Below, piece after piece: positions 19,712 through 30,761 of a DNA stretch of 64,000 nt. The translations under genes were made by a program, and so were the position numbers. Source of the stretch: a bacterium (GTDB lineage: Bacteria > Patescibacteriota > Minisyncoccia > UBA6257 > GWB1-50-10); NCBI GenBank assembly GCA_030647415.1, contig JAUSKB010000026.1, forward strand, positions 74,894-138,893, given 5' to 3'. Position 1 is the stretch's first letter; each line of letters opens with the position of its first letter. Under the pieces are notes generated by a model, which saw only the letters and a program-made list of their open reading frames with translations, ran no database searches and had not been told where the DNA came from.

Positions 19712-20407
19712 ATGCACCACGGGACCCACACGGACATTCTCATCGTCTCCGACATCCACCTCGGCTCCCCGGTGTGCCGCTCCAAGGCGCTCTTACGGTT
19801 CCTGAAAACGGTGAAGTTCCGGACGCTCATCCTGAACGGCGACATCTTCGACGATTTGAACTTCAACCGGCTCTCGCACGACGACTGGGAGCTTCTCGCC
19901 CACCTCCGCGAGCTCTCGAAACTGAACCACCACACCGCGGTCATTTGGATTGCGGGGAACCACGACGGTGCGGCGGCGACCCTCTCGCGCCTCATCGGCG
20001 TGCCGGTCGTAAATGAGTACGTCTTCTACTGGAACGGCACAAAGTGCCTTGCCATCCACGGCCACCAGTTCGACCGCTTCCTCTCCAAAAATATTGTCAT
20101 CTCGACTATCGCGGGCGCTATCTACCTCGCGATCCAGCGCATCGACGGCCAGGAACAGCATGTCGCGCGTCTCGTGAAACGCTTCTCGAAGTCTTGGCTC
20201 CGCGTCTCCGCGAAGGTGATGAAGGGCGCCGTTCGGTACAACCTCGTTTTCAAGCGTGCCGCCTACGTCTTCTGTGGCCACACGCACAAGGAGCATGAGG
20301 AGGTTGTGCACGGCGTCGAGTACCTAAACAGCGGCTGCTGGACGGACATCCCCTCCGCCTACATCACGCTCGACGAGCAGGGTGCGAGGGTGCATACGAT
20401 TGGGTAA
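19712..20407 (+). CDS. Calcineurin-like metallophosphoesterase (LpxH-like family)
   Basis: SDIHLG, GDIFD, GNHD, HGHQFD, GHTH. Confidence 0.9.
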   Translation: MHHGTHTDILIVSDIHLGSPVCRSKALLRFLKTVKFRTLILNGDIFDDLNFNRLSHDDWELLAHLRELSKLNHHTAVIWIAGNHDGAAATLSRLIGVPVVNEYVFYWNGTKCLAIHGHQFDRFLSKNIVISTIAGAIYLAIQRIDGQEQHVARLVKRFSKSWLRVSAKVMKGAVRYNLVFKRAAYVFCGHTHKEHEEVVHGVEYLNSGCWTDIPSAYITLDEQGARVHTIG

Positions 20408-20420
20408 GAAAAAGATTCAC

Positions 20421-20522
20421 CCTGTTAGAAGTTTACAGACACTCATTGAGTGTGTAGTGTAGCGTGTTATCTAAAACAACATGTGTAACATGAACACAGC
20501 GTGCGCGTAAACTTCTAACAGG
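20421..20522. repeat. 100-bp inverted-repeat element copy 4
   Basis: cctgttagaagtttac ... gtaaacttctaacagg. Confidence 0.9.
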
Positions 20523-20614
20523 GTGAAAGAAAAAGGAGGGGAGGAGGGTTTAAAAAATGAGATATAAATGATGGAGATACTAGAAACCAGCATATATGCT
20601 GGTGTTTTTTACTA

Positions 20615-20644
20615 TTGACATTTATGTATAATTGGTGTTAACAT
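20615..20644 (+). promoter_or_regulatory. Sigma70-like promoter nearly identical to 8479
   Basis: TTGACA-N18-TAACAT; ttgacatttatgYataattRgtgtta shared with 8479. Confidence 0.6.
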
Positions 20645-20693
20645 ATAACCAGCGTTTTAGAATAAATCGTTCAAAAAACTAAAGGAGGCTGTA

Positions 20694-21008
20694 ATGAATT
20701 CATTCGGGATAGTCGAGAGGGTTGAGTACCTCACGCGTCTAGCTGACACTGACGATGGTGAACAACGGGTACTCACGGTTATTGAAGGTAAACACCTCGG
20801 CGGCAAACAAATCATCGTGTGGGCAGAGTGGGCCCACGGACCATTCCCTAGCTTTGGAAATTTCACGGTCCATAGCAAATCCCTCGACCCTGCAATCTAT
20901 GCAAAGGTCCAGGTGACGGACGCCGCAGAGGGAAAGTTTGAGGGGAAGTCTCTCTTTGGATCACCAGAGGCATATAAGAGATTTAGAGAAACCATTTGGT
21001 CCGAGTAG
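20694..21008 (+). CDS. Hypothetical protein
   Basis: AAAGGAGG SD, own promoter, hairpin downstream. Confidence 0.7.
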   Translation: MNSFGIVERVEYLTRLADTDDGEQRVLTVIEGKHLGGKQIIVWAEWAHGPFPSFGNFTVHSKSLDPAIYAKVQVTDAAEGKFEGKSLFGSPEAYKRFRETIWSE

Positions 21009-21181
21009 TTCAGGCCAAAAGTACTCCCCCACACAATTTTGTGTCCGGGGGATTTTTCTTTCTCACGTCAGCTATCACCATGCCGCGCCGATTCTTTTTA
21101 CGAAGCGGAAAACTATGGAGGTCGAACCCTAATACCCAGATGGGAGGTTTTAGGGGTTAGGGGAAGCTCACAAAACAGGGA

Positions 21182-21256
21182 ATTATCGATTTATCGGGTT
21201 TATCGGGTTAACCGGGAAAACCTGATAAATCAAATAAACACGATAAACCCGATAAT
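21182..21256. repeat. Inverted array of 9-mer repeats (empty hairpin)
   Basis: (tttatcggg)n followed by (cccgataaa)-like units. Confidence 0.75.
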
Positions 21257-21310
21257 GCGATGAAACCTACATAGTCATTTTTTGACCGTTCCGGACCCCC
21301 GAAATCTGTT

Positions 21311-21454
21311 TCAAAGTGTTTTGTGTAAAACATTTTTGGTGGGAGTATACTGGTGTAAAACATTTCTAAAACAAGCCGATAGGTAGACCGTTATTGATAT
21401 ATTTAGGTGTAAAACACTGTAAAACATCAATTTGTTTACCGTTAAACACTTTGA
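21311..21454. repeat. TGTAAAACA cluster bounded by 11-bp inverted repeats
   Basis: tcaaagtgttt / aaacactttga ends; four tgtaaaaca inside. Confidence 0.65.
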
Positions 21455-21498
21455 CCCAAATTTTAAGGGCGACCACGTGGTCGCCCTCGAACTACTGC

Positions 21499-22503
21499 CT
21501 ATGCTGCCCTCGCTCCGGCAACAAGCTGGAGCTTCCCGTACCCCTGCTTTCGTCCATGCCGATTTCCAGAACCTCCTCCATTACTGGAGAGTTTCTTGAT
21601 TATAAGGTTCCAAATTTCGTCAGGGACGCTACCCCGTCGATACTTGTTTCCCACAAAATGCGAGAATGACCCCGTGACCTCCTCAACCGAGAACACTTTC
21701 TCCGAGAAGGCAATGCGGATGAAGTTCGACTCAAACGCGTTTCTCCCGGCGAAGAACGATATCGTTCCCGGCTTGTTCTCCTTCACCATCCGGAAGGTCA
21801 ATGTTGACTCCCTGACCTTTCGGGTCCGAAGCCCGTCGACCTTCCCGAGCAACGCCTTGTATCCTCTGTGGGCATCAAGAAAGAGGGTTACTAGATCCTT
21901 GATACTCTCCTTCTCTGGAAACAACGGTTCGTACGACACGTTCCGCGTTCCGGGGACGACCACTCCAAAAATCTTATTCGACGGTTTAAGATTTTCCCGG
22001 ATGGTCGCTTCCTCCAATGCGACCTCGTACATTCTTCGGATATTCGCGAGCTCGAGTTCGATTGCCTGCGGGGGTAGCCGCAGGGCACTTGAACATCGTT
22101 CATTAATCGACTTCAAGAACTTTCGAAGCCCGCCGAACGCGCCGATCCCAAGCAGTTCATTGCGCTCGAACTGTACATCGCCGACCACCTCTCCCGTGAG
22201 CGTGAACTCTTGGAAGGTGTCGGAGACATAGCTAGCTAGTTCCCAAATCCGTCGATTTATTCGATCCCGGACCTGATAGATTTTGTCTTCGCACTCGCAA
22301 CGCGTGAGAGATGCGTCGCTCTTCAGTGCGAGAATCTGGCAATTTAGTTCCTGCGCGGATGCAAAGAACCCTCGCATCATACGTAGGTACTTCTTGAATG
22401 CCGCCACAGCCGCGACATTCTCGGGATTCAGGAGATACTCCTGAATGATTTCGGCGTCCTCGTGCGCGAGGCGCTCGATCATTTCTTTTTTTGTTTTTTG
22501 CAC
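21499..22503 (-). CDS. Hypothetical protein
   Basis: 334-aa ORF, GTG start after GGGGAGG, promoter TTGACA-N17-TATTCT at 22598-22570, palindrome 21466-21487 downstream. Confidence 0.75.
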   Translation of the reverse strand: MQKTKKEMIERLAHEDAEIIQEYLLNPENVAAVAAFKKYLRMMRGFFASAQELNCQILALKSDASLTRCECEDKIYQVRDRINRRIWELASYVSDTFQEFTLTGEVVGDVQFERNELLGIGAFGGLRKFLKSINERCSSALRLPPQAIELELANIRRMYEVALEEATIRENLKPSNKIFGVVVPGTRNVSYEPLFPEKESIKDLVTLFLDAHRGYKALLGKVDGLRTRKVRESTLTFRMVKENKPGTISFFAGRNAFESNFIRIAFSEKVFSVEEVTGSFSHFVGNKYRRGSVPDEIWNLIIKKLSSNGGGSGNRHGRKQGYGKLQLVAGARAA

Positions 22504-22758
22504 TGCTTCCTCCCCGGGCCTGGTGGGGCCCTTTATTGGTGGTGATTTTGTGAATTAGATACTAAAAACAGAATATCACTTAGTGGCTAATATGTCAAAT
22601 GTAGTTCAATATTTGGAAGTCAGACTACCTCCGCATACAACGAGCATGAATCCGGTAGAGCGAATCGCGGATTCGTATTCGCACCTCTCTATACAAAAAA
22701 ATGTTCGATTTACGAAATCGAACATTTTTCACTATCCTCTTTCTCTTTTCCTTTTTTT

Positions 22759-23922
22759 CTATTTCTTCAGCTTCAGGACGATACGCCGCTCCTCGGGTTT
22801 CACGCTCTCGACGGTGAAGTCATAGGACGTGCCAGCCGCGAGGGACTTCTTCATCTCCTCCACGCCGCCGAAGTCCGTGACGTGCACCTGACCCTGGATA
22901 TCTCCGCCGAGGTTCACCGTCGCGCCGAACGGGTTGAAGCTGTAAACCGTGCCTGACACCATTTGCCCCTCGGCATAGCGACCAATGCCCGCGAGCCACG
23001 GGTCGTCTTTGAGCGCCTTCAGGGAGAGTGAGACCTTGCCGTCCTTGATGTCCATAATCTTTGCCGTTACCACCTCATCCACCTTCACTACCTCCTTCGG
23101 GTTCTCCACGACCCGCCACTCGAGTTCCGATACATGGATGAGCCCCTCGATCGCCGGGTTGTCGGTAAACTTCACGAACGCCCCGAAGTCCGCCACGCCG
23201 GAGATAATGCCCTCAATCACCTGCCCCACCGCATACCCCGTGAGAAGCTCCTTCGTGTTCTCTTCGACCGCCTCCCGTTCCGAGACGATGAGCTTTGCCG
23301 TCCGCGGGTTCGCCTCGATGATCTTCACCGAGATTTCCTGCCCGATGAGGCCCTGGAGGGCCTGGGTAAGCGCCGTCTTATCCTCTCCAATCGTCTTGGG
23401 ATAGTGGTCGCCCACGAGCTGTGAGAGTGGGAGAAATGCGGCAAGCTGCCCGACATTCGCGGTGAGCCCGCCTCGATTTGCGCCGTTGATTTTCACCATG
23501 AATGGCTGGTCAGCACCCTGTAGCTCAGCTATTTCCGCCCACGCCTTCTGGCGGCTCGCCTCGGAAACCGAGAGTTCCACGAACCCGTCCTCGTTGTCTG
23601 CGGAAATGACTTTCGCGTGTATCGAATCGCCGGGCTTCAAATTCCGGACGACGTCGCGGGCATTCTGAAGCTCGCCGCGGTACACCACGCCCGTCCCATG
23701 GCGGCCGAGGTCGACGAGGAGCCGATTCGCGCCTGAGCCGAGCACCACGCCCTCCACAAGGTCGCCCGCTTTCAGAAGGACGAGCGCGCCGGGAGAGGTC
23801 TTCAAAAATTGCGCGAGCGCATTGTTTATGTTTTTCGTTGGTCGCACGAGGTCCACACTACCACACGACTCCATTGCAGCGCAAGCGAACGTGCGGTAGC
23901 ATGACGTATGCATGGTCATCAC
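22759..23922 (-). CDS. rpsA: 30S ribosomal protein S1-like, four S1 domains (true start probably ~23850)
   Basis: Repeated S1 motifs (DFGAFV...EGLIHVSEL). Confidence 0.85.
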   Translation of the reverse strand: MMTMHTSCYRTFACAAMESCGSVDLVRPTKNINNALAQFLKTSPGALVLLKAGDLVEGVVLGSGANRLLVDLGRHGTGVVYRGELQNARDVVRNLKPGDSIHAKVISADNEDGFVELSVSEASRQKAWAEIAELQGADQPFMVKINGANRGGLTANVGQLAAFLPLSQLVGDHYPKTIGEDKTALTQALQGLIGQEISVKIIEANPRTAKLIVSEREAVEENTKELLTGYAVGQVIEGIISGVADFGAFVKFTDNPAIEGLIHVSELEWRVVENPKEVVKVDEVVTAKIMDIKDGKVSLSLKALKDDPWLAGIGRYAEGQMVSGTVYSFNPFGATVNLGGDIQGQVHVTDFGGVEEMKKSLAAGTSYDFTVESVKPEERRIVLKLKK

Positions 23923-24484
23923 CTACCACGGGGAGGGTTCGTTTCGCCTGCAGGCGGGTGCGGCGGTAGTGCTCGTGGACCCCGAGCACCAGCGCTCCTT
24001 CAAGGGCGCGCACTGCATCATCGCGACCACGCGGCCGGCGCACGTCGACCCGCCCGCCGCGGGAGATGACGCGCCGTTCTGGATCGACCATCAGGGCGAG
24101 TATGACCTTGGGTCGGTCATGGTCCACGGCGTCACGGCCGAGTGGGACCGTGACGACGAGCACACCGCGTACCGCGTGACTATGGACGACATCTCAATCG
24201 GTCTCCTCGGCTTCCTCACGGCGGATCCGGAACCGGCGGTCCGCGAACTACTCGCAGGTGTTGACATCCTCATTGTGCCCGCGGGTGGCAAACCGTTCCT
24301 CACAACCGCGGCCGCGGCGAAGCTCGCCCGCCAGCTTGAGCCGTCCATCGTCATCCCCTCGCTCACGGACCCAAAGCCACTCGTAAAGGAGTTGGGAAAC
24401 GGCGGAGCACCGGAGGAGCGACTCACGATCAAGAAAAAGGACCTCGTCTCAAAGGCGGTCCGCGTCGTCGTTCTGACATCATGA
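23912..24484 (+). CDS. Metallo-beta-lactamase-fold protein, degenerate metal motifs
   Basis: MVITYHGEGSF, VDP, GEYD, VDILIVPAGG, EPSIVIP. Confidence 0.75.
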   Translation: MVITYHGEGSFRLQAGAAVVLVDPEHQRSFKGAHCIIATTRPAHVDPPAAGDDAPFWIDHQGEYDLGSVMVHGVTAEWDRDDEHTAYRVTMDDISIGLLGFLTADPEPAVRELLAGVDILIVPAGGKPFLTTAAAAKLARQLEPSIVIPSLTDPKPLVKELGNGGAPEERLTIKKKDLVSKAVRVVVLTS

Positions 24485-24490
24485 CGCCCC

Positions 24491-24934
24491 ATGCTATTCC
24501 GCACCACATGGAGAGCCTACCTGCGACGCATTCGAGCATCGAGCGACGCCACAAAGCGGCGATGGATTGCCGTCGTGGGATTGGGCTCGGGAGGACTCGT
24601 CATCGCCCTCTGGGTCATCTACCTCTCCTCCACGCTGCCCGCCCGACTGGACAGTCGTTCGGGCGGGCCCACCCGGACGAATACGCCTCCGCTCGCGACC
24701 ACAACGGCGTCTGAATCGCCCCAGGAGCGAAGGGGGGATGTGTTTACGAACGGCGTCCGAGGCATCCGGGATATGATGGCAAAACAATGGCAGGGCGCAC
24801 GAAACACTATCGACAGTTCCTGGCAATCGCTGGGGGCGCTTATCACCGAGGGAAACGAATTCTCGGTGACGGGAACCACCACGCCCGCTTTGCCGGAATC
24901 GAGTGAGTCGAGCGAGCCACCGCACACACCATGA
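24491..24934 (+). CDS. Single-TM hypothetical protein
   Basis: TM after KRRW; stop overlaps gyrA start (ATGA). Confidence 0.6.
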   Translation: MLFRTTWRAYLRRIRASSDATKRRWIAVVGLGSGGLVIALWVIYLSSTLPARLDSRSGGPTRTNTPPLATTTASESPQERRGDVFTNGVRGIRDMMAKQWQGARNTIDSSWQSLGALITEGNEFSVTGTTTPALPESSESSEPPHTP

Positions 24935-27876
24935 CCACTGCAGAACCAAAGAAAACGCCCGGCGGCTCCATCGAGCCCCGCGAGATTGTGGACGAGCTCC
25001 GGCAGTCCTACCTATCGTACGCCATGTCGGTTATCGTCTCGCGCGCCATCCCGGACGTCCGTGACGGCTTGAAACCGGTGCAACGGCGCATCCTCTGGGC
25101 GATGTGGGACACCGGACTCACCCACAGCGCGAAGTTCAAAAAGTCCGCGAATGTGGTCGGCGAGGTGCTCGGCAAGTACCACCCGCACGGCGACGTTGCG
25201 GTCTACGACACCATGGCGCGTATGGCGCAGGACTTCTCGCTCCGCGCACCGCTCGTCGACGGCCAGGGAAATTGGGGGTGTTTTACTAAAGATACAAAAG
25301 TAAAACTCGCCGACGGTCGAAACGCGAGCTTTAGTGAACTCGTAGAAGAACACCGCCAGGGCAAGAAAAACTATACCTTTGCCGTTAATTCGGCTGGGCT
25401 CATTTCCATCGCGGAAATAAAAAATCCGCGCCTCACAAAAAAGAATGCAGAGCTCGTCAGGGTGATTTTGGACAATGGCGAGAAGATTCGTTGCACGCCG
25501 AATCACCGCTTTATGTTAAAAGACGGCTCCTACAAAGAGGCACACTACCTCACAAACGGGAATAGTCTTATGCCCCTATACGAGAAGTTGTCCACAAAAG
25601 AGGGCCGATTAAACAGCGACCCACGCCCGGTTTTATATGAACTAAATAAAAACCATAAAGTTGTTAGGGTTGAAAAGTTAGCGGAGCAGGAGGATGTTTA
25701 TGATTTAACGATTGATAAATATCATAATTTTGCGCTCGCGGCTGGTGTCTTTGTGCACAATTCGATCGACGGCGACAGCCCGGCGGCAATGCGTTATACT
25801 GAGGCTAGGCTTACAAAAGTCGCCGAGGAGCTCTTGACGGACATCGAGAAGGAGACGGTCGACTGGGGACCAAACTACGACAACTCCCGCGTGGAGCCGC
25901 TCGTCCTGCCGGGGAAGCTCCCGAACCTCATTGTGAACGGCGCGGTCGGCATCGCGGTCGGTATGGCAACCTCCATCCCGCCGCACAACCTCGGCGAGGT
26001 TATAGACGCCATCGCGTACCTTGCCGAGCACGGGGATGCCACGATTGAGGAGCTTATGCAGTTCATCCCGGGTCCCGACTTCCCGACGGGCGGCGTAATC
26101 TACGACACGCGGGCGATCGCCGAAGCCTACCGGACCGGCCGCGGCGCCATCGTCATGCGCGCCGTCGCCGTCATCGAGGAGCGGACGGCGCGAGGGCACC
26201 AGATCGTCGTCACCGAAATTCCCTACCAGGTGAACAAGTCGGACCTCGTCACCTCCATCGCCGAGCTCGTCACGGAGAAGCGAGTGGAGGGCATCCGGGA
26301 CCTCCGCGACGAATCCGATCGCGATGGCCTGCGAATCGTCATCGAGCTGAAAAGCGACGCGGCGCCGCAAAAGATTTTAAATCAGCTCTACAAGTACACC
26401 GAGCTCCAGAAGAGTTTCCACTCAAACCTCCTCGCATTGACCGGCGGACTCCAGCCGGAGGTGCTCTCCCTGAAGGATATCCTCGCCGCATACCTCGACC
26501 ACCGGAAGCTGGTCGTGAAGCGGCGAACAGAGTTTGACCTCCGAAAGGCGACGGAGCGGGCACATATCCTCGAGGGGCTCGTGAAAGCCTTGGACCACAT
26601 CGACCGGATCATCGAGACCATCAAGAAGTCCAAGGACCGCGAGGATGCCCAGCGGAACCTCATCGCGAAGTTCAAGTTCTCGGAGCTCCAGGCGAACGCC
26701 ATCCTCGAAATGAAGCTCGCCGCGCTCGCGGCGCTCGAACGCAAAAAGCTCGAAGATGAACTTACGGAAAAGCGGAATATCATCGAGGAGCTCACTGCGC
26801 TCCTCAAGAACCCGAAGAAGATGCTGGGGCTCATCGTCACGGAGCTCGGCAATCTCAAGGCCGCCTTCCCGAGCGAGCGGCGCACGAAGGTGGTTCCGCA
26901 CGGGCTCACGGAGTTCCGCGAGGAGGACCTGGTGCCGCAGGAGGAGGCAATCGTCACGCTCTCGGTGGACGGCTACATCAAACGGATGCCGCCCGATACC
27001 TTCCGGGCGCAACGGCGCGGCGGGAAGGGGCTCATCGGGTTCGATTTGAAGGACGAGGACCATATCCGACAGCTCATGGCGGCACGAACCCACGATAACT
27101 GCCTCTTTTTCACGGACCGGGGGAAGGTTTTCCAGACCAAGGTGTTCGAGATACCCGCCGCGGAGCGGGCGGCTAAAGGCAAACTCGTGCACAACTTCCT
27201 CGAAGTCCCACCGAACGAGCATATCACGGCGATGGTCGCCTACGGCGGATCGTCGAGCGGGTACCTCACCATGGTGACGCAGGGCGGAACCATCAAGAAA
27301 ACGCCGCTCAAGGACTTTGTGAGCGTCCGGCGGACGGGCATTATCGCCCTCAGGCTCCAGCCGAACGACATTCTTGAGTGGGCCCAGCTCTCCTCCGGCG
27401 GCGACGAGATGCTCCTCGTGACCTCCGCCGGTCAGGCGATCCGGTTCCGTGAAAAGGATGTCCGTCCAATGAGCCGCACCGCGGGCGGCACGCGCGCAAT
27501 CCGCCTGAAGCGAAAGGACCAGGTCGCCGGCGTCGGCATCATACCCAAGGAGGCCGGCGCCGCCGACCGGAAGGGGCTCCGCGTGGTCGCCGTCATGGCC
27601 CGCGGGTTCGCGAAGCAGACGCCGCTCTCGGATTACAAGGTACAGCACCGCGGCGGCGGCGGCATCAAGACCGCGAAGGTGACGGAGAAAACAGGGCCGG
27701 TGATCGCCGCGGCGATCGTCGGACCGGAGACGGAGGTTGTGCTCGCCTTCTCGAAAAAAGGCCAGGCATTGAAAACACCGCTCTCGAACGTCCGCATCGC
27801 GGGTCGCGCGACACAGGGCGTCCGCATTATGAACGTCGAGGCGGATGATGCGCTGATTGGGGTACTCTGTCTGTAG
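24931..27876 (+). CDS. gyrA: DNA gyrase subunit A (intein-containing)
   Basis: [26 protein letters not shown], GyrA box QRRGGKG. Confidence 0.97.
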   Translation: MTTAEPKKTPGGSIEPREIVDELRQSYLSYAMSVIVSRAIPDVRDGLKPVQRRILWAMWDTGLTHSAKFKKSANVVGEVLGKYHPHGDVAVYDTMARMAQDFSLRAPLVDGQGNWGCFTKDTKVKLADGRNASFSELVEEHRQGKKNYTFAVNSAGLISIAEIKNPRLTKKNAELVRVILDNGEKIRCTPNHRFMLKDGSYKEAHYLTNGNSLMPLYEKLSTKEGRLNSDPRPVLYELNKNHKVVRVEKLAEQEDVYDLTIDKYHNFALAAGVFVHNSIDGDSPAAMRYTEARLTKVAEELLTDIEKETVDWGPNYDNSRVEPLVLPGKLPNLIVNGAVGIAVGMATSIPPHNLGEVIDAIAYLAEHGDATIEELMQFIPGPDFPTGGVIYDTRAIAEAYRTGRGAIVMRAVAVIEERTARGHQIVVTEIPYQVNKSDLVTSIAELVTEKRVEGIRDLRDESDRDGLRIVIELKSDAAPQKILNQLYKYTELQKSFHSNLLALTGGLQPEVLSLKDILAAYLDHRKLVVKRRTEFDLRKATERAHILEGLVKALDHIDRIIETIKKSKDREDAQRNLIAKFKFSELQANAILEMKLAALAALERKKLEDELTEKRNIIEELTALLKNPKKMLGLIVTELGNLKAAFPSERRTKVVPHGLTEFREEDLVPQEEAIVTLSVDGYIKRMPPDTFRAQRRGGKGLIGFDLKDEDHIRQLMAARTHDNCLFFTDRGKVFQTKVFEIPAAERAAKGKLVHNFLEVPPNEHITAMVAYGGSSSGYLTMVTQGGTIKKTPLKDFVSVRRTGIIALRLQPNDILEWAQLSSGGDEMLLVTSAGQAIRFREKDVRPMSRTAGGTRAIRLKRKDQVAGVGIIPKEAGAADRKGLRVVAVMARGFAKQTPLSDYKVQHRGGGGIKTAKVTEKTGPVIAAAIVGPETEVVLAFSKKGQALKTPLSNVRIAGRATQGVRIMNVEADDALIGVLCL
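25279..25761 (+). mobile_element. 161-aa mini-intein in GyrA
   Basis: GNWG|CFTKDTKV...CTPNHRF...VYDLTI...VFVHN|SIDGD; AT-richer than flanks. Confidence 0.93.
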
Positions 27877-27917
27877 GTAACAAACAACCTACGACACACA
27901 ACTAACAACCTATTTAT

Positions 27918-28019
27918 CCTGTTAGAAGTTTACAAATAATCATTTTCCTATGAATTTGATGGTTATATTCAAAACCAAAACTATGCAGGAATACAAATTT
28001 TGCGTAAACTTCTAACAGG
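27918..28019. repeat. 100-bp inverted-repeat element copy 5
   Basis: cctgttagaagtttac ... gtaaacttctaacagg followed directly by ATG. Confidence 0.9.
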
Positions 28020-29324
28020 ATGAACCTCACAAAGAAACAGCTCATCATCCTCGGCGGTATCGTCCTTGTAGTCATCATTCTGGTGCTCATGGGGCTCGGT
28101 ATCATCCCGGGACTGAAGACTGGCCCGGTCACCATGAAACCGGTTTCGCTCACCGTATGGGGCGTAGAGGACGCCGTACAGGAGCTGCAACCCGCGGTGC
28201 AATCGTTCGCCAGGAACCACCCCGGTGCCACCGTCACCTACTGGCAGTTTACCGACACCGAGACGTACCACACCACCCTCCTCGAGGCGCTCGCCGCGGG
28301 CACGGGACCGGATATCTTCGCCATACGGAACACCGAGGTGATGCGCCATGCCTCGAAGCTCGTCGCAATGCCGAAAGAGCGGCTCTCGCTCCTCACTCTC
28401 CGAAACACGTTCGCCCCCGTGGTGGAGCGTGATTTTGTGGTAAACGGCGGGGTCGTTGCGCTGCCGCTTTCCATAGACACGCTCTCACTCATCTATAATC
28501 GGGACCACTTCAACGAGGCGGGCATCGTTTCTGCTCCCGCCACCTGGGACGACCTCGTCGCCATTGCGCCGCGGCTTTCGGTCGTTGACGACTCGCGCCG
28601 GGTCACTCGCGCTTCCATAGCGCTTGGCGGTTCGGGTAGTACCATACCGCGCGTCAGCGACATTATTTCGGCATTGATGCTTCAGGGTGGCATCGTACCC
28701 GTCGGGCCCGACTGGGGCGGCGCCGGTTTCGCAACCCGCGCAGGATATGACGCGGTGAACTTCTACCTGCAGTTTTCGAACACCGGAAGCCCGCTCTACA
28801 CCTGGAATGAGGGGATGCCGAATGCTGTGGATGCGTTCGCACAAGGACGGGTCGCTATGATTATCGACTACGCCCGCGCACTGCCGGACATCCGGGAGCG
28901 AAACCCGCTCATGAACTTCGCCGTCGCACCACTCCCCCAGCAGAAGGGGGCGGAGCGGTCAAAGACCATGGCCTCCTACTGGGGCTATACGGTTTCCCGC
29001 CAATCGAAGCAGGCCCGGCTCGCGTGGGACTTCATCGTGGAAACAGCAACGAACCCGCAGGTGGTCAGTGCATACTTGAATGCTTCAAAACGCCCGCCGG
29101 CGATACCGAAATTCATCGAAGCGTACCGCGACAATCCCAACCTCGCCGTATTCGCCCAGCAAACGCTCACCGCCGATTCCTGGCCGATGCCGAACCGGGA
29201 CCTGGTAGGGGGCATATTCTCCGACATGGTGACGACGGTGCTTGAGAATCGGGCGAGCGTCGAAACGGCCGTAGGCCGCGCGCAGAGCGATATTTCGCGA
29301 CTCATCGGGTCGCGGCCGCGGTAA
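28020..29324 (+). CDS. Membrane-anchored extracellular solute-binding protein (sugar ABC type)
   Basis: LTVWG, GTGPDIF, LPLSIDTLSLIYNRD, PATWDD, FAQGRVAM. Confidence 0.88.
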   Translation: MNLTKKQLIILGGIVLVVIILVLMGLGIIPGLKTGPVTMKPVSLTVWGVEDAVQELQPAVQSFARNHPGATVTYWQFTDTETYHTTLLEALAAGTGPDIFAIRNTEVMRHASKLVAMPKERLSLLTLRNTFAPVVERDFVVNGGVVALPLSIDTLSLIYNRDHFNEAGIVSAPATWDDLVAIAPRLSVVDDSRRVTRASIALGGSGSTIPRVSDIISALMLQGGIVPVGPDWGGAGFATRAGYDAVNFYLQFSNTGSPLYTWNEGMPNAVDAFAQGRVAMIIDYARALPDIRERNPLMNFAVAPLPQQKGAERSKTMASYWGYTVSRQSKQARLAWDFIVETATNPQVVSAYLNASKRPPAIPKFIEAYRDNPNLAVFAQQTLTADSWPMPNRDLVGGIFSDMVTTVLENRASVETAVGRAQSDISRLIGSRPR

Positions 29325-29333
29325 GCCATTGGG

Positions 29334-29861
29334 ATGTTATACTTACCATTGATGAAATCCTATTTTGCGGTCTCTCTGCTTTTAGTTGGACTGGCTATTG
29401 CCATACCCGTATTCGCCGGCGTCCAAACTGCTAACGCACAAGGGAGCTGCGGCGGCGTGGGGCAACGTTGCTGCCAACCTGCCGAAGCACCCCACCAGTG
29501 CATTACCGCTCTCGTTTGCAGTAACTTCACAAGCCCCATCTGCGAGACCGGAATATGCGCGTGCAGGGGAGTCGCGCCGCCCCCACCAAACCCGAGCACC
29601 ATCACACTCATAAACCCCCTAAGCGGCACGTCCGACGTGCGCGGTCTCATCGAGCGGTTTGTCACCATCCTCCGCGATTTTGCGACGCCCATTGCGGTCC
29701 TCATGATTCTCTTTGGGGCGTTCCGAATCCTCACTGCCGCTGGGGACCCCGCGAAGTTCGAGACGGGGAAAAAGATACTCCTGTACACCGCCATAGGGTA
29801 TGCTATAATCTTTGTCGGGTGGGGAATCACCTCGATTATCGAGAGTCTGCTCTCTTCGTGA
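29334..29861 (+). CDS. VirB2/TrbC-like pilin with Cys-rich N-terminal domain
   Basis: Signal peptide, 8 Cys, NPL...GAFRILTAAGDPAK..GKK...AIG. Confidence 0.7.
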   Translation: MLYLPLMKSYFAVSLLLVGLAIAIPVFAGVQTANAQGSCGGVGQRCCQPAEAPHQCITALVCSNFTSPICETGICACRGVAPPPPNPSTITLINPLSGTSDVRGLIERFVTILRDFATPIAVLMILFGAFRILTAAGDPAKFETGKKILLYTAIGYAIIFVGWGITSIIESLLSS

Positions 29862-29916
29862 TGATTCCTTATCACACTGTAAAGGTCGGTTTTCCTTCAC
29901 GGTTCAATCCTATCAC

Positions 29917-30279
29917 ATGAAACTATCAACATTCGGAAAGTTTGCTGCCGGTATTGTCTTGGCATCCGCTATCGCGACTCCGTTTGCGGTGCTCGCGCAG
30001 CCGGATCCGACACTCACCGACTTCTCGCTCTCTGGTATTTCAGGCATTTCGAAGCTCGGTGGCAAGATTGGGGGCTGGATGCTCGGCATCCTCCTGGTCC
30101 TCGCGGTCATCTTCATCCTCGCCGCGGCGTTCCTCTACCTGACCTCCGGCGGCGACGAGGCAAAGGTGGGAAAGGCGAAGAGCTACATTATCTACGCCAT
30201 CGTCGCGGTCGTCGTGGGCATCCTCGCGAAAACCATCATCACACTCGTCCAGAGTCTTGTTAACACCGCCGGAACCTAA
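29917..30279 (+). CDS. VirB2/TrbC-like pilin
   Basis: Signal peptide, AAFLYLTSGGDEAKVGKAK..IIYAIV. Confidence 0.75.
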   Translation: MKLSTFGKFAAGIVLASAIATPFAVLAQPDPTLTDFSLSGISGISKLGGKIGGWMLGILLVLAVIFILAAAFLYLTSGGDEAKVGKAKSYIIYAIVAVVVGILAKTIITLVQSLVNTAGT

Positions 30280-30314
30280 TTTTGTTAAACCTGTTTAAGG
30301 CACTCGGACCTACC

Positions 30315-30644
30315 ATGAGACATGCAGTTCTTCGTGCTTTCGTTGCCGCTGCGGGTTTTCTTCCCGCGGCGGTTGCGTATGCGCGGGACTACCCCACGAT
30401 AACCAATTACAGCGACCTCATCCGCGTTATAAACACCGCGGCGGATTGGCTCTTCGGAATACTGCTTTCACTCGCGGTCATCTTCGTCATCTTCGCCGCC
30501 TACCGATTCCTGAACGCCGCCGGCGATCCGAAGTCGCTTGAGACCGCAAAGATGACGATTCTGTACGCCATCGTCGCCGTGGTGGTCGCCGTTCTCGCAA
30601 AGACACTCATCGGACTGGTCGACTCATTCTTCTCGTCCGTATAA
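30315..30644 (+). CDS. VirB2/TrbC-like pilin
   Basis: AAYRFLNAAGDPKSLETAK..ILYAIV; paralog of the previous gene. Confidence 0.75.
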   Translation: MRHAVLRAFVAAAGFLPAAVAYARDYPTITNYSDLIRVINTAADWLFGILLSLAVIFVIFAAYRFLNAAGDPKSLETAKMTILYAIVAVVVAVLAKTLIGLVDSFFSSV

Positions 30645-30761
30645 AAGGAGGGGGACGCAGAGGAAAAAGGGGGGTGAACCCTCCTTTTTCTTTTATCATC
30701 CCGTCAGAACGTTCCCGCGCCGCTTCCCCAAACGCCCTAAGTATGGCTGAATAGAGGCTGG

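Noticed and set aside
22697-22729. Palindromes at 22697-22729 and 11991-12018 as a new family
   Set aside because: Each is a single copy and is explicable as a terminator or operator; there is no evidence beyond symmetry.
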